Positions 38,454-49,383 of a DNA stretch of 64,000 nt are shown here, one piece after another. The notes under the pieces were generated by a model. It was not told the origin of the DNA and made no database searches. It saw only the letters and a program-made list of their open reading frames with translations. Numbering within the stretch: position 1 is the first letter of the stretch; the number at the start of each line of letters is the position of its first letter. Source of the DNA: Comamonadaceae bacterium (GTDB lineage: Bacteria > Pseudomonadota > Gammaproteobacteria > Burkholderiales > Burkholderiaceae_C); assembly GCA_043777675.1 (NCBI GenBank), contig JAYWHR010000065.1, positions 9,992 through 73,991 of the forward strand. The letters run 5' to 3'. A program made the translations under genes and the position numbers.

Positions 38454-40195
38454 TGCACAACTCCAACGCTAATCTCATGCGAGAAGTATTTCAAAACGCT
38501 CAGCATCGGGTTCGGCGCAGCCTGCCCCAAGCCGCAAATGCTGGCATCCACCATCACAGTGCTTAAATCATTCAGCGTGGCTTGATCCCACACTTTCGCC
38601 TCCATCAGCTTCACAGATTTCTCCGTGCCCACGCGGCAAGGCGTGCATTGCCCGCAGCTCTCATGCGCAAAAAATTTCATCATATTGAGCGCGCCATTTC
38701 GCGCTGAATCCTGCTGACTCAACACGATCACCGCCGCGCTGCCAATGAAGCAACCATAGGGCTGCAGAGTATCAAAATCGAGTGGCACATTGGCCAGCGC
38801 TGCCGGCAAAATGCCGCCGCTCGCACCGCCCGGCAAGTAGGCATACAGCTCATGGCCATCCGCCATACCGCCACAGAATTCATCAATCAATTCGCGCACG
38901 CTGATGCCAGCAGGAGCCAACTTCACGCCCGGCTGCTTCACACGCCCGCTCACGCTAAAACTGCGCAGCCCCTTTCGGCCATTCCTGCCATGCGAAGCAA
39001 ACCATTCACCGCCTTTTTCCACAATCTCGCGCACCCAATACAGCGTTTCAAAGTTGTGCTGCAGCGTCGGCCGGCCAAACAAGCCCACTTGCGCAATATA
39101 CGGCGGCCGCATGCGCGGCTCACCGCGTTTGCCCTCAATGCTCTCAATCATCGCGCTCTCTTCGCCGCAGATATACGCACCCGCACCGCGCCGCAGTTCA
39201 ATTGTGGGCAGCTTGCATGGCGGATTCATTTGTAGCTTGGCGATTTCTGCGCTCAGCATCTCGCGCAGCTCATGGTATTCATCGCGCAGATAAATATAAA
39301 TCGCGTCAATGCCCACCACCTGCGCGGCAATCAACATGCCTTCTAAAAACCGATGCGGATCACGCTCCAGATACCAACGGTCTTTGAATGTGCCCGGTTC
39401 GCCCTCGTCAAGATTAATAGCCATGAGCTTAGGACTTGGTTGATCACGAACGATCCGCCACTTGCGCCCCGCCGGAAAACCCGCACCACCCAAACCGCGC
39501 AAGCCTGCATGCTCCAGCGCCGCAATCACACTCTCAGCATCGCGCGAACCATCCGCCACAGAACGCAGCAGCGCGTAGCCACCAGCAGCTTGGTAGTTAT
39601 TTAACGCTATTAAATCAATAGCGCTCTGCGCATGTTCTATGCCGGCTAGATGCTGTTTTTGCCCTAAAAACTGCTGAAAAATGTCTATGGAGGCATGCCC
39701 GAAATTCCGCTGCCCCACGGCCACCGCAGGCGCTTGCTCGCAGCGCCCAATGCAAGGCACCGGCTCAACTTTCACATCCGCTTGCAGCAGCGCGGGCAGC
39801 TCAGCCAGCAGCTCATTCGAGCCAGCCATCTCGCAGCTCAGTCCATTGCACACTCGAATCCGTAAACTTGGCGCGGCTTCGGCATCCCGCAAAATTTCAA
39901 AGTGATGATAAAAAGAAGCGACCTCAAACACTTCGGCCTGCGATAGTTTCATCAGATCCGCCAGTGCAGCGATATGCCGTTCAAACACCGCGCCATACGC
40001 GTCGTTCAAAGCATGCAAATATTCAATCAGCAAATCCCGCCTGAACAACTGCTCTGATGTGCCTGGCCACACTTTCTGCATCAGCGCACGCACCTGTTCG
40101 CGCGCCTGCGGCAATACCTGCCGCCCCTTCAATTGCGAGCGCACTGGATGCGTCTTGTGAACCGTGATTGGTTTGACTTCAACAATAGTTTTCAT
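38450..40195 (-). CDS. Formate dehydrogenase beta subunit (NuoE-like + NuoF-like fusion)
   Basis: EVASFY, CNGLSC, CIGRC; GLRGLGGAGF, DEGEPG.FKDR, GAGAYICGEE, HESCGQCTPCR, CGLG. Confidence 0.88.
   Translation of the reverse strand: MKTIVEVKPITVHKTHPVRSQLKGRQVLPQAREQVRALMQKVWPGTSEQLFRRDLLIEYLHALNDAYGAVFERHIAALADLMKLSQAEVFEVASFYHHFEILRDAEAAPSLRIRVCNGLSCEMAGSNELLAELPALLQADVKVEPVPCIGRCEQAPAVAVGQRNFGHASIDIFQQFLGQKQHLAGIEHAQSAIDLIALNNYQAAGGYALLRSVADGSRDAESVIAALEHAGLRGLGGAGFPAGRKWRIVRDQPSPKLMAINLDEGEPGTFKDRWYLERDPHRFLEGMLIAAQVVGIDAIYIYLRDEYHELREMLSAEIAKLQMNPPCKLPTIELRRGAGAYICGEESAMIESIEGKRGEPRMRPPYIAQVGLFGRPTLQHNFETLYWVREIVEKGGEWFASHGRNGRKGLRSFSVSGRVKQPGVKLAPAGISVRELIDEFCGGMADGHELYAYLPGGASGGILPAALANVPLDFDTLQPYGCFIGSAAVIVLSQQDSARNGALNMMKFFAHESCGQCTPCRVGTEKSVKLMEAKVWDQATLNDLSTVMVDASICGLGQAAPNPMLSVLKYFSHEISVGVVQ
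39606..39648 (-). repeat. 43-bp repeat, copy 5 (in frame in FDH beta)
   Basis: Reverse complement tagccggcatagaacatgcgcagagcgctattgatttaatagc; encodes LAGIEHAQSAIDLIA. Confidence 0.9.
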
Positions 40196-41052
40196 ACAGC
40201 GCAGCGCAAGATTTCGGCGTGATGACGAAGATGGCTTTCCATGAAACTGCTCACGAAATAATAACCGTGGTCATAGCTCGCATGTTGGCGAAATTGCAAG
40301 GCTTGGCCCACTTCTCGGCAGGCTGCTTCAAACAAATGCGGATGCAATTGCTCGGCCAAAAATTGATCACTCAAACCCTGATCAATCAAGATGCTGGTGG
40401 GCAGCAATGCCTTGCCACGCGCTAGCAGCAACTGAGTTGCGTCATGCTGGCGCCAAATTGCTTCATCATCGCCCAAATACCCTGCAAATGCCTTTCGCCC
40501 CCACGGGCATTGGCTGGGCGCGCAGATGGGTGCGAAGGCAGAGACTGACCGAAATGCATGAGGGTGGCGCAAGGCCAAGCTCAAAGCCCCATGCCCGCCC
40601 ATCGAGTGCCCCATGATGCCAAGGCGTTGCGTATCTATCGGCAAGAGTTGCCCAATGTGCGCCAGCAGCTCTTGCATTAAATAACTCTCCATGCGCCAAT
40701 GCTTTGCCCAAGGCTGCTGCGTGGCATCCAGATAAAAACCAGCCGCCACGCCAAAATCCCAGCTCTCGGATTGCCCAAGCACATCCGTGTTGCGCGGGCT
40801 GGTGTCTGGCGCGATCAATGCAATCCCCAGCTCACTAGCTACTCGCTGCGCTCCAGCTTTGATAGCAAAGGTTTCTTGCGTACAAGTCAGCCCCGCCAAA
40901 TACATCACGGCGGGCACTGTAGTTTGACTAGCTGCAGGCGGCAAATACACCGCAAAACGCATCGGCAGACCAATCTGGCTTGAGGCATGCTCGTAAAAAG
41001 ACTGCCGGCCACCAAAACAGGCATGCTCGCTCAACAACTGAAAATCTTTCAT
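40192..41052 (-). CDS. fghA: S-formylglutathione hydrolase
   Basis: LAGLTC, APDTSPR, GHSMGGHGAL, DQG..DQFL..QL, YDHGYYF. Confidence 0.93.
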   Translation of the reverse strand: MKDFQLLSEHACFGGRQSFYEHASSQIGLPMRFAVYLPPAASQTTVPAVMYLAGLTCTQETFAIKAGAQRVASELGIALIAPDTSPRNTDVLGQSESWDFGVAAGFYLDATQQPWAKHWRMESYLMQELLAHIGQLLPIDTQRLGIMGHSMGGHGALSLALRHPHAFRSVSAFAPICAPSQCPWGRKAFAGYLGDDEAIWRQHDATQLLLARGKALLPTSILIDQGLSDQFLAEQLHPHLFEAACREVGQALQFRQHASYDHGYYFVSSFMESHLRHHAEILRCAV

Positions 41053-41054
41053 GA

Positions 41055-43432
<2,378 letters not shown>

Positions 43433-43441
43433 AAATGGCGA

Positions 43442-44755
43442 TCAGTAAGTTTCTAAGTGCAAACGCGCTTCTTTTTTCAGGGCGCTGCCAATCGTATCCC
43501 AGCTGAATCCTGATTTTTCAGCGATGTCTTTGAGCGCAAGGATCACGCCCTCTTCCATTGCTTTCAAGCCACAAACATAGAAGTAAGCATTGGGGTCTTT
43601 CAGCAAGACGGCGAGATCGACGGCGCGGTCGCGCAGGGCATCTTGCACATAGCGTTTGGGTTTGCCGGATTCGCGGGAATAGCAAAATTCAATATCGATG
43701 AAATCTTTGGGCAGCTGCTGCAGCGGGCCGAAATACGGGAGCTCTGCTTGGGAGCGTGCGCCAAAGAAGAGCCAGAGTTTCCCACCGTCAAATTTGCTTT
43801 CACTGGCCGTATTTTTTGCGCGCATGCGCCTGCGCCACTCCGTCATGGCGCGCATCGGGGCGCTGCCTGTGCCGGTGCAGATCATCACGATGTGGCTCTT
43901 GGGGTGATTGGGCATGAGGAAGCTACTCCCGAAAGGGCCGATGACTTCAACCTGATCTCCCACCTTCAAATCGCACATGAAGTTGCTCGCCACGCCGCGC
44001 ACGGCTTTGCCACTGTGATCTTCGAGCACACGCTTGATCGTGAGCGAGAGATTGTTGTAACCCGCACGCTCGCCGCTGCGTGCGCTGGCAATCGAATACT
44101 GCCGAGCATGATGCGGCTTGCCGCGCGCATCCACGCCCGGCGGCACGATGCCGATGCTCTGCCCCTCGAGCACGGGGAACGGCATGCTGCCAAAATCGAG
44201 CACGATGTGGTGCGTGTCGTAATCACTGCCTGCCGTCTTACCGACTTCGGTGACGCGCACATTGCCTGTGACGCTGGCTGTGATGCTTTTTTCAGCCGCT
44301 TTCGCGCCATAAAGATTCGTGTACGCAAGGGCGGCAGACCATGGCGGCAGCGTTGCGCCATATTGTTGGTTGCTGATAGACGCTATGGTTTCGATAGCTG
44401 TCTGCGCAGGTTCTATGCCGGCTAATGGCCTATTTTCTTCTGAAACGGCACTGGAAATTTCCTCCTCAGCCAAAGCAGCTTCGGGCAACTCCTCTGGCAA
44501 ATCATCCCAAGTCAGCTGCTCTTCGACTGAATACGCTTTGACTTTCAGCATGCTGCGCCAATTGTCAATTGAGCCCGTAGGACAAGGCGAAATACAAGCC
44601 ATGCAAGAGTTGCACTTCTCGGCATCCACCACGTAGTTTCGATCATCATGCGTGATCGCCCCCACGGGGCAAGTGGCTTCGCAAGTGTTACAGCGAATAC
44701 AAATGACCGGATCGATCAGATGCTGTTTGATGATGGATGTTTCGTTAGCGCCCAT
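43442..44755 (-). CDS. boxA: Benzoyl-CoA epoxidase reductase component A
   Basis: KQHLIDP..CIRCNTCE..CP, second ferredoxin motif, RQYSIAS, CTGTGSAP, VCGL, ETY end. Confidence 0.93.
   Translation of the reverse strand: MGANETSIIKQHLIDPVICIRCNTCEATCPVGAITHDDRNYVVDAEKCNSCMACISPCPTGSIDNWRSMLKVKAYSVEEQLTWDDLPEELPEAALAEEEISSAVSEENRPLAGIEPAQTAIETIASISNQQYGATLPPWSAALAYTNLYGAKAAEKSITASVTGNVRVTEVGKTAGSDYDTHHIVLDFGSMPFPVLEGQSIGIVPPGVDARGKPHHARQYSIASARSGERAGYNNLSLTIKRVLEDHSGKAVRGVASNFMCDLKVGDQVEVIGPFGSSFLMPNHPKSHIVMICTGTGSAPMRAMTEWRRRMRAKNTASESKFDGGKLWLFFGARSQAELPYFGPLQQLPKDFIDIEFCYSRESGKPKRYVQDALRDRAVDLAVLLKDPNAYFYVCGLKAMEEGVILALKDIAEKSGFSWDTIGSALKKEARLHLETY
44382..44424 (-). repeat. 43-bp repeat, copy 6 (in frame in boxA)
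   Basis: Reverse complement tagccggcatagaacctgcgcagacagctatcgaaaccatagc; encodes LAGIEPAQTAIETIA. Confidence 0.88.
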
Positions 44756-44784
44756 GAGTTTTAAGTCCTTGAAGACATGAACAC

Positions 44785-44930
44785 CGGACGCAGAAGACGC
44801 AGAGGTTACGCAGAAGAAATACCAAAGAGAAAAAAAGAAACGGTGTCTTCAAATCAAACCCATTCAATTTTAAATCCCGTCTTCTGTCTTTTTTGCGTCT
44901 TTTGCGTAACCTTCGCGTCTTCTGCGTCCG
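44785..44930. repeat. Long palindromic element, copy B (boxB-boxA gap)
   Basis: Same 32-bp inverted arms as copy A, different interior. Confidence 0.9.
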
Positions 44931-44959
44931 GTATTGAATTCGTACTATTTCCTATTGAA

Positions 44960-46384
44960 TTAGTTAAAACGAATGTAATCGAAATCAACCACTTGCTTGT
45001 TGATACCCATTGCAGGTGGCGCAATCCAGTTGGCAAATTTTCCTGGCTCGACCACGCGGCCCATCAAGCTCGCTACAAACATGCGGTCTTCAGCCGTTGG
45101 CAACCATTCAGCTGATTTTGCAGCCCATTCCACCTCGCTCAACACACGGCCATCCGGCGAGACTTTTGCGCCAGCCAATGCGCCGATATTGCGGTTGAAA
45201 GCTTTGTGCGGTGTAGTGAGTTTGAACGGGATGCCCGCTTTCTCAATCACTTTGTTCCATCGGCCCACGCCTGCGACTGAATCCTTGATGTAGTCATCGC
45301 GCAGTACTTCGTTGAGTGCATTGAGCATCGGCACTTCTTTTTCAACCAACTGGCCACCGACCACTTGCAGCACTTTATAGCTCTGGCCGCGCAGCTGATG
45401 ATCATCCGTGCGCTTGCCTTCTTCGTAGCGGCCTTTGATGCCGGTGCTGTAGAAGGTGGCGGCATTGGATGATTCGTCTGCACCAAACAAATCGATTGTG
45501 ACGGAGAAGTGAAAGTTCAAATAGCGCTGCAATGTAGGTAGATCAATTACACCTGCTGCGCGAAGCTTTTTAGAATCATCCGTTTTCAGCTCATTCATCA
45601 TCTGGCAGGTGCGCTGGATCACGCGACTGATGCCGCTCTCACCCACAAACATGTGATGCGCTTCTTCGGTCAGCATGAATTTGCTGGTGCGCGCCAATGG
45701 CTCAAATGCGCTTTCTGCAAGAGCGCAGAGCTGGAATTTGCCATCACGATCGGTGAAATACGTGAACATAAAGAAGCTCAGCCAATCCGGCGTGGCTTCG
45801 TTGAAGGCTTGCAAGATGCGCGGTGTATCGGCATCGCCGCTGCGGCGCTCAAGCAGCGCTTCGGCTTCTTCACGGCCATCGCGGCCAAAATGCTTGTGCA
45901 GCAAATAGACCATCGCCCACAAATGGCGGCCTTCTTCAACGTTGATCTGATATAGGTTGCGCAAGTCATACATGGAGGGCGCTGTTAAGCCCAAGTGGCG
46001 CTGCTGCTCCACAGATGCTGGCTCGGTATCGCCTTGCGTGACGATGATGCGACGCAGATTGGCGCGGTATTCGCCGGGCACATCGTTCCACACGTCTTGC
46101 CCCATGTGATCACCAAAATGAATTTTACGGTCTTGCTGCGCAGGGTTCAAGAAAATGCCCCAGCGGTAATCGCGCATCTTCACATGCCCAAACTGCGCCC
46201 AGCCCGCTGGATCCACGCTCACTGCGGTGCGCAAATACACATCAGACATTTCCGAGCCCACGGGGCCAATTTCATCCCACCAGTTGATGAAATTAGGCTG
46301 CCAACCTTCTAGCGCGCGCTGCAAGGTGCGGTCTTCGCTCAAGTTGACATTGTTAGGAATTTTCTCGCTGTAGTTAATGCTCAT
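44960..46384 (-). CDS. boxB: Benzoyl-CoA 2,3-epoxidase component B (diiron)
   Basis: INYSEKIPNNV, QGDTEPASVEQ, EEGRH, DRDGK, EEAHH. Confidence 0.95.
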   Translation of the reverse strand: MSINYSEKIPNNVNLSEDRTLQRALEGWQPNFINWWDEIGPVGSEMSDVYLRTAVSVDPAGWAQFGHVKMRDYRWGIFLNPAQQDRKIHFGDHMGQDVWNDVPGEYRANLRRIIVTQGDTEPASVEQQRHLGLTAPSMYDLRNLYQINVEEGRHLWAMVYLLHKHFGRDGREEAEALLERRSGDADTPRILQAFNEATPDWLSFFMFTYFTDRDGKFQLCALAESAFEPLARTSKFMLTEEAHHMFVGESGISRVIQRTCQMMNELKTDDSKKLRAAGVIDLPTLQRYLNFHFSVTIDLFGADESSNAATFYSTGIKGRYEEGKRTDDHQLRGQSYKVLQVVGGQLVEKEVPMLNALNEVLRDDYIKDSVAGVGRWNKVIEKAGIPFKLTTPHKAFNRNIGALAGAKVSPDGRVLSEVEWAAKSAEWLPTAEDRMFVASLMGRVVEPGKFANWIAPPAMGINKQVVDFDYIRFN

Positions 46385-46485
46385 GAATTGCTCGATTTAA
46401 AAACAACGGTGGAGTTAGTTCGGTTACAGCAAGCCACCTGCCTTGCTGCACAACGAGATTTTTTAACTTCTAAATACATGAATAC

Positions 46486-46618
46486 CGGCCGCAGAAGACG
46501 CAAAGGTTACGCAGAAGGGATACCAAAAAATACCAAGACTGATGTTTCAAAAAAATCCTCTTTCTTGGATTTTCTTTTTTGTATTTTTTCTGCGTAACCT
46601 CTGCGTCTTCTGCGTCCG
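46486..46618. repeat. Long palindromic element, copy C (boxC-boxB gap)
   Basis: Same 32-bp inverted arms, shortest interior. Confidence 0.9.
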
Positions 46619-46637
46619 GCTGTTTGTATTCAAAACC

Positions 46638-48296
46638 TCAAACACGATTCCAATCGAAAACCGCCTTATCGCCCTTGCCATAAACCTTCAAAGCCCCCTT
46701 CTCTCCCACGGCGTTAGGCCTCTGAAAGATCCAGTTTTGCCAAGCAGTCAAGCGGCCGAAGACGCGGGTGGCCATGGTCTCTACGCCGTTGAAGCGCAGA
46801 TTGGCTTCCAAGCCTGTGAGTGCATCTGGGCTCATGGCCATGCGCTCTTCTAAAGCGATGCGCACTTCGTCTGCCCAATCAATATCATCTGGATTGGCGG
46901 TCACCAAGCCCAGTGCAAAGGCTGCATCTGCATCCAGCGGCTGGCCTGCCACAGCGCGCACGGCATCGAGCGCAGGCGCTTCGCTGTAGAAGCGGCGCTG
47001 CAAACGGCTTTCGCGCGTTGCCATCGGGTAGAGGCCAAAATTCACATCGCTCACAGTGATCTTCGGCGCTTTGGCTTCATAATCTGGCAAAGCGAGGTGA
47101 TATGCGCGGTCACAAGCCAAGCTCAGCTCTAAGAAAGTGCCTGCAAAGCACGAGCCGGGTTCGATGAAAGCGAAGAGGCTACGGGAAGATACATCAATGC
47201 GGCTGAAGGTGCGGCGTAGCATTCCGATGGTCTCGCGCACGAACCAATGATCCTTATTGGCCATCAGCACAGCATCCATCGCGAGCACTTTAGCGGCGTC
47301 GCCTTCGGTTTTGAAAATCCAAGTGCCAATGTCCAGCTCATTGGTGCGCATTTGCAAAATGGCATCATCCAGCTCACGCGCCAGCACGAAGGGATACCAA
47401 TTCGATGCTGCATTTTCGATAGCGGCTACGGTAGATTCCACGCCGGCTGTTGGCGCTTTAACTATAAAAGTAGCAAGGCGCTTAGCGCGATCAATCTCTA
47501 CCGTCACGTTGCCATAGCGCAATGCATCAGCTTCAATCGTGCAATTCAATGGTGTGAGTGCCACGCCTTTTGCGCCAGCAGGTCGGTCGCTCTTCTCAGC
47601 CAATTCTGCTGCTCGCTTTTGCACAGCCTCGTTAAATTGCGCGGGCTTCACAGCCTGATCCACCAAGCGCCATTCCACAGCTTTCTTGCCGCGCACGCCT
47701 TCAACACTGGTGCAAAAAATATCAGCCAAATCATGGCGTACTTTGCGTTTGTCTGTCACGCGGGTGAGGCCGCCGGTGCCGGGCAACACGCCGAGCAGTG
47801 GCACTTCAGGCAAGCTCACAGCGCTGGCGCGGTCGTCTACCAAAATGATTTCATCGCAAGCCAGCGCCACTTCATAGCCGCCACCTGCGCATGCCCCGTT
47901 CACAGCAGCAATGAATTTGAGGCCGCTGTATTCGGAAGAATCTTCCAAACCATTGCGCGTCTCGTTGGTGAATTTGCAGAAATTCACTTTCCATGCGTGG
48001 CTCGATACGCCAAGCATGAAAATATTGGCGCCCGAGCAAAACACTTTTTCCTTTGCGCTGGTGAGCACCACGGTGCGCACTTCAGGATGCTCGAAGCGGA
48101 TGCGATTAATTGCATCGTTCAACTCAATGTCGACACCGAGGTCATAGCTGTTGAGTTTGAGCTTATAGCCGGGGCGAAGGCCAGCGTTTTCATCGAAGTC
48201 GGCTTTGAGCGTGGCCACTGCGCCATTGAACTCCAATTTCCAATGTTTGTATTGGCTAGGCTCGGTGCGGTAGTTAACGCGAAGTTCGTTGCTCAT
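46638..48296 (-). CDS. boxC: 2,3-epoxybenzoyl-CoA dihydrolase
   Basis: KLNSYDLGVDIEL, CKFTNETRN, LPEVPLLGVLPGTGG, GRLTAWQNWIFQRPNA. Confidence 0.95.
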   Translation of the reverse strand: MSNELRVNYRTEPSQYKHWKLEFNGAVATLKADFDENAGLRPGYKLKLNSYDLGVDIELNDAINRIRFEHPEVRTVVLTSAKEKVFCSGANIFMLGVSSHAWKVNFCKFTNETRNGLEDSSEYSGLKFIAAVNGACAGGGYEVALACDEIILVDDRASAVSLPEVPLLGVLPGTGGLTRVTDKRKVRHDLADIFCTSVEGVRGKKAVEWRLVDQAVKPAQFNEAVQKRAAELAEKSDRPAGAKGVALTPLNCTIEADALRYGNVTVEIDRAKRLATFIVKAPTAGVESTVAAIENAASNWYPFVLARELDDAILQMRTNELDIGTWIFKTEGDAAKVLAMDAVLMANKDHWFVRETIGMLRRTFSRIDVSSRSLFAFIEPGSCFAGTFLELSLACDRAYHLALPDYEAKAPKITVSDVNFGLYPMATRESRLQRRFYSEAPALDAVRAVAGQPLDADAAFALGLVTANPDDIDWADEVRIALEERMAMSPDALTGLEANLRFNGVETMATRVFGRLTAWQNWIFQRPNAVGEKGALKVYGKGDKAVFDWNRV

Positions 48297-48319
48297 GAGT
48301 TGTCTCCTCGGTTTAGTTT

Positions 48320-48362
48320 ATGAATTATATTGCATATTTTGAAAACATGCAATATTTTTCAT
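48320..48362. promoter_or_regulatory. Candidate BoxR operator upstream of boxC
   Basis: Palindrome atgaaTTATATTGCATattttgaaaacATGCAATATTTttcat holding TGAA-N6-TGCA and TGCA-N6-TTCA. BzdR/BoxR are known to bind TGCA-containing operators. Confidence 0.6.
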
Positions 48363-48363
48363 G

Positions 48364-49296
48364 TTATTGAATTTCAACCACGGGCAGGAGCAATTTTTGA
48401 AGCAAGCCAAAGCTCTCATTCAAGCCTTGCGCACTCGTGTTGAGCGTGAAATCAGCTTTGGAATAGAAGGCAGTGCGGCCTGCCAGAATGCTCTTCAAAT
48501 CATCCAACGCCTCTTTGCTGGCCGCCATCGGGCGCATGTCGCCCTGCGCTTGCACGCGCTGCAAATGCTCTTGCGGCTCGGCTTGAAGCCAAACGCTGGT
48601 GCAGTGCGTGAGCACGGTATTGAATGTGCTCACATCGCTCACCAGCCCGCCCGGCGTAGCGATCACGCATTGCGCATGCTGGGCAATCAGCGCATCGAGT
48701 GCGCGGCGCTCATAGCGGCGATATGCCGTCACGCCATACAGCGCCTGAATCTCCGCCACGGAAGTGCCTGCCAACTTCTCAATCTCTCTGCTCATCTCAA
48801 AAAACGGGTATTTCAACGTCTGCGCAAGCATCTTGCCCAGCGTGGATTTACCTGCCCCGCGCAGGCCGATCAAAGCGATTCTCTGAGACCGTTTTTGGCC
48901 AGTAGCCGGCATAGAATCTGCGCGAGGCGCTCCTAAATATGTAGCAATGTTCAACCGAAGGTGTTTCAGTTGCACCTCATCCGCGTTTTCCAACAGTTTG
49001 CGCAGCATCAGCCATTCGGGGTTGCTTGTGGTCAAGTCGCCATGCAGCTCGGCCAGCGGGCATTCCAGCGCATCGGCCACCTGCTGCAAGATCAAAATCG
49101 AGGCATTGCCCACGCCATATTCCAAATTGGCCAAATGCCGCTCAGACACATCAGCAGCGGCGGCCAGCGCCTTGCGCGTTAGCCCCCGGCGCGAGCGCTG
49201 GCTGCGCACGCGCTCGCCCAGAGCTACCAAAAACGGGTTTTTGGCCTCTGGCTCGTCAGCTTCAGCAGCATCAACATGCAATATATTGCTTGACAT
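48364..49296 (-). CDS. boxR: BoxR/BzdR-type regulator (XRE HTH + shikimate-kinase-like domain)
   Basis: GLTRKALA..ADVSERHLANLE.G.GN; IALIGLRGAGKSTLG; position in box cluster. Confidence 0.87.
   Translation of the reverse strand: MSSNILHVDAAEADEPEAKNPFLVALGERVRSQRSRRGLTRKALAAAADVSERHLANLEYGVGNASILILQQVADALECPLAELHGDLTTSNPEWLMLRKLLENADEVQLKHLRLNIATYLGAPRADSMPATGQKRSQRIALIGLRGAGKSTLGKMLAQTLKYPFFEMSREIEKLAGTSVAEIQALYGVTAYRRYERRALDALIAQHAQCVIATPGGLVSDVSTFNTVLTHCTSVWLQAEPQEHLQRVQAQGDMRPMAASKEALDDLKSILAGRTAFYSKADFTLNTSAQGLNESFGLLQKLLLPVVEIQ
48903..48945 (+). repeat. 43-bp repeat, copy 7 (in frame in boxR)
   Basis: tagccggcatagaatctgcgcgaggcgctcctaaatatgtagc; encodes ATYLGAPRADSMPAT on the minus strand. 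Confidence 0.88.
49277..49290. promoter_or_regulatory. Possible second BoxR site (TGCA-N6-TGCT) at the boxR/bclA divergence
   Basis: tgcaatatattgct overlapping boxR codons 3-7. Confidence 0.3.
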
Positions 49297-49383
49297 GGGG
49301 TGATTTCAGGATTTATAGTTCAACTGGAATTATTTTGCATCAGAACAGATAACCCGTCAAACCAAGGGCTTGAGGAGACAACC

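Noticed and set aside
44777-45115. ORFs starting MNTGRRRR or reading [10 protein letters not shown] (also 44854-45036, 46388-46853, 60097-60385)
   Set aside because: Translations of the palindromic elements; they overlap real genes and lack RBS or family motifs.
47247-48323. Long antisense ORFs (also 23040-23786, 42365-43102, 43643-44425, 58494-59237 and similar)
   Set aside because: Shadow frames of well-supported genes, with no recognisable motifs.
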